This document shows, one piece after another, positions 33,954-35,481 of a stretch of 35,481 nucleotides of DNA. The notes beneath the pieces are model-generated. The model was not told where the DNA came from. It ran no database searches and saw nothing but the letters and a program-made list of their open reading frames with translations. The stretch's first letter is position 1, and every line of letters starts with the position of its first letter. The stretch is from positions 1 through 35,481 of the forward strand of contig JAZJZK010000064.1 in assembly GCA_040389905.1 (NCBI GenBank), read 5' to 3'. Source of the stretch: Gemmatimonadota bacterium (GTDB lineage Bacteria > Gemmatimonadota > Gemmatimonadetes > Gemmatimonadales > Gemmatimonadaceae). The translations under genes were made by a program, and so were the position numbers.

Positions 33954-35404
33954 GCTCTTCAGAGCATTACGATTTGGTCGTCATCGGCTCCGGACCGGCC
34001 GGCGAAAAGGGCGCCGCGCAGGCCGCCTATTTCGGCAAGCGCGTGTGTCTCATCGAACGCGCGCCCAAACCGGGCGGGGCCGCCGTCAATACGGGGACGA
34101 TCCCGAGTAAGACGCTGCGCGAAACTGCGCTGTATTTCTCCGGCCTGCGGCAGCGCGGTCTGTACGGCGTCGATCTCAGCGTCAAGCAGAACATCACCAT
34201 TGGCGACTTCATGCACCGCGAGCGCGCGGTCATCGAATCCGCCTGGGCGATCATTGCCGAGAACATCGAACGCCATCGAATCACGACGGTCCAGGGCGCG
34301 GCGCGCTTCGTCGATCCGCGCACCGTCGAAGTCACGCGCTATGGCCTCGAACCTCGACGCATTTCCGGCGACGTCATCCTCATCGCTACCGGCTCGTCGC
34401 CAATGGCGCCCGTCGGTTATGCGATCGACGACGAGGTCATCGTCGACAGTGACTCGCTGCTCACGCTCGAGCGCATTCCACCATCGATGGTGGTGGTTGG
34501 TGGCGGCGTCATCGGCTGTGAATACGCCTGCATATTTGCCGCCCTCGGGGTTCGCGTCGCGGTGATCAACTCGCGTGGGCGATTGCTTGCGCACCTCGAC
34601 AAGGACGTGAGCGATGCGCTACGGCAGTCGATGACCGCCAAGCTCGGCGTCAGCATTCACGCGAATTGTGAAGTCACCGACGTCACCGTGGAGAATGGCC
34701 GCGCGCACGTGCTCCTGTCGGACGGAGTAGCGCTCCAGAGCGATGCCGTGCTCGTGAGCACGGGACGCATTGGCAACTCCGCGCCGCTCGGGGTTTCCCA
34801 GATGGGCGTGAAGCTGAACGATCGTGGCTTCATCCAGGTCGATTCGCAGTATCGCACGGCCGTACCGCACATCTACGCGGCCGGTGATGTCATCGGGTTC
34901 CCCGCGCTCGCGTCGGCCTCGATGGAACAGGCGCGTGTCGCCATCTGCAATGCCTTCGACCTGAAGTACAAGCGAGCGGTATCGGATACGCTGCCGTACG
35001 GCGTCTGGACGATTCCCGAGATCGCCACCGTTGGCGAAAGCGAGATCAGCCTGCATTCGAAGGACATTCCCTACGAAATCGGCTGCTCGAGCTTTCGGTT
35101 GAATCCGCGTGGGCAGATTATCGGGGATACCGACGGATTCGTGAAGATCATCTTCAACCCCGAAGACCAGCGCATCCTCGGCGTCACCATCGTTGGCGAG
35201 ACGGCCTGCGAACTCATTCACGTCGGCATGACGGTCATCGCGCTGCGCGGAACACTCGACTTCTTCATCCAGGCGGCGTTCAACTATCCGTCGCTCGCCG
35301 ACGCGTACAAGTACGCCGCGTACGATGGACTCCAGCGCATGCAGAAGCGGCTCGCTCGAATGCCCGGTCTACCGTCGGTACAGCGAGAGGTCGTTCGCGA
35401 CTAG
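33950..35404 (+). CDS. sthA: Soluble (Si-specific) pyridine nucleotide transhydrogenase
   Basis: GSGPAG, GTIPSKTLRE with no redox-active disulfide, GGGVIGCEYA, GDVIGFPALAS and FNYPSLADAYK. The start overlaps the upstream stop (GTGA). Confidence 0.88.
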   Translation: MSSSEHYDLVVIGSGPAGEKGAAQAAYFGKRVCLIERAPKPGGAAVNTGTIPSKTLRETALYFSGLRQRGLYGVDLSVKQNITIGDFMHRERAVIESAWAIIAENIERHRITTVQGAARFVDPRTVEVTRYGLEPRRISGDVILIATGSSPMAPVGYAIDDEVIVDSDSLLTLERIPPSMVVVGGGVIGCEYACIFAALGVRVAVINSRGRLLAHLDKDVSDALRQSMTAKLGVSIHANCEVTDVTVENGRAHVLLSDGVALQSDAVLVSTGRIGNSAPLGVSQMGVKLNDRGFIQVDSQYRTAVPHIYAAGDVIGFPALASASMEQARVAICNAFDLKYKRAVSDTLPYGVWTIPEIATVGESEISLHSKDIPYEIGCSSFRLNPRGQIIGDTDGFVKIIFNPEDQRILGVTIVGETACELIHVGMTVIALRGTLDFFIQAAFNYPSLADAYKYAAYDGLQRMQKRLARMPGLPSVQREVVRD

Positions 35405-35448
35405 GTCGAGCGTTACCGTGCGCTAGCCCGGATTTCTCACAATAGGTA

Positions 35449-35478
35449 TTGAAAAGCGGCTGCCCAGAGTGGTATAAG
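35449..35478 (+). promoter_or_regulatory. Sigma70-type promoter for a gene beyond the window
   Basis: TTGAAA-N18-TATAAG with an extended -10 TG. Confidence 0.55.
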
Positions 35479-35481
35479 GCG

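Noticed and set aside
34070..34115. Missing redox-active cysteines in the flavoprotein (GGAAVNTGTIPSK)
   Set aside because: Loss of the disulfide is expected for SthA-type transhydrogenases and does not indicate a pseudogene.
1..35481. Prophage, genomic island or defence system
   Set aside because: There are no integrase, transposase, phage or recognisable defence genes, and no obvious compositional shift.

Overview
GC-rich bacterial chromosomal segment. The gene content suggests Gemmatimonadota (inference: several membrane Hanks-type Ser/Thr kinases, a barrel-less plug protein, DUF5916). It starts with an imuA-imuB-dnaE2 damage-tolerance cassette that is interrupted by an antisense clan AA aspartic protease gene. 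Mostly housekeeping or envelope genes follow: HExxH protein, GNAT, DUF2461, TonB, a receptor-like kinase with a Cys-rich lipoprotein, DinB, lgt, KirBac channel, DUF72, APC permease, DUF5916, MocA-like NTP transferase, SGNH hydrolase, ispH, two tandem atypical kinases, LD-carboxypeptidase and sthA. I found no transposase, integrase, rRNA, tRNA or CRISPR array. The most striking signal is a set of small palindromic repeat families. A TGTC-tagged REP-like hairpin shows compensatory base changes, tandem G-A mismatches and GNA triloops. It sits in frame inside imuB, dnaE2 and the MocA-like gene, and also appears as an 18-nt internally deleted copy and as a copy with another hairpin nested inside it. 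Two other families with roughly 9-nt periodicity, together with the REP-like family, occupy five of the six convergent gene junctions. The two tandem kinases both lack the catalytic-loop Lys and the P+1-loop Thr.
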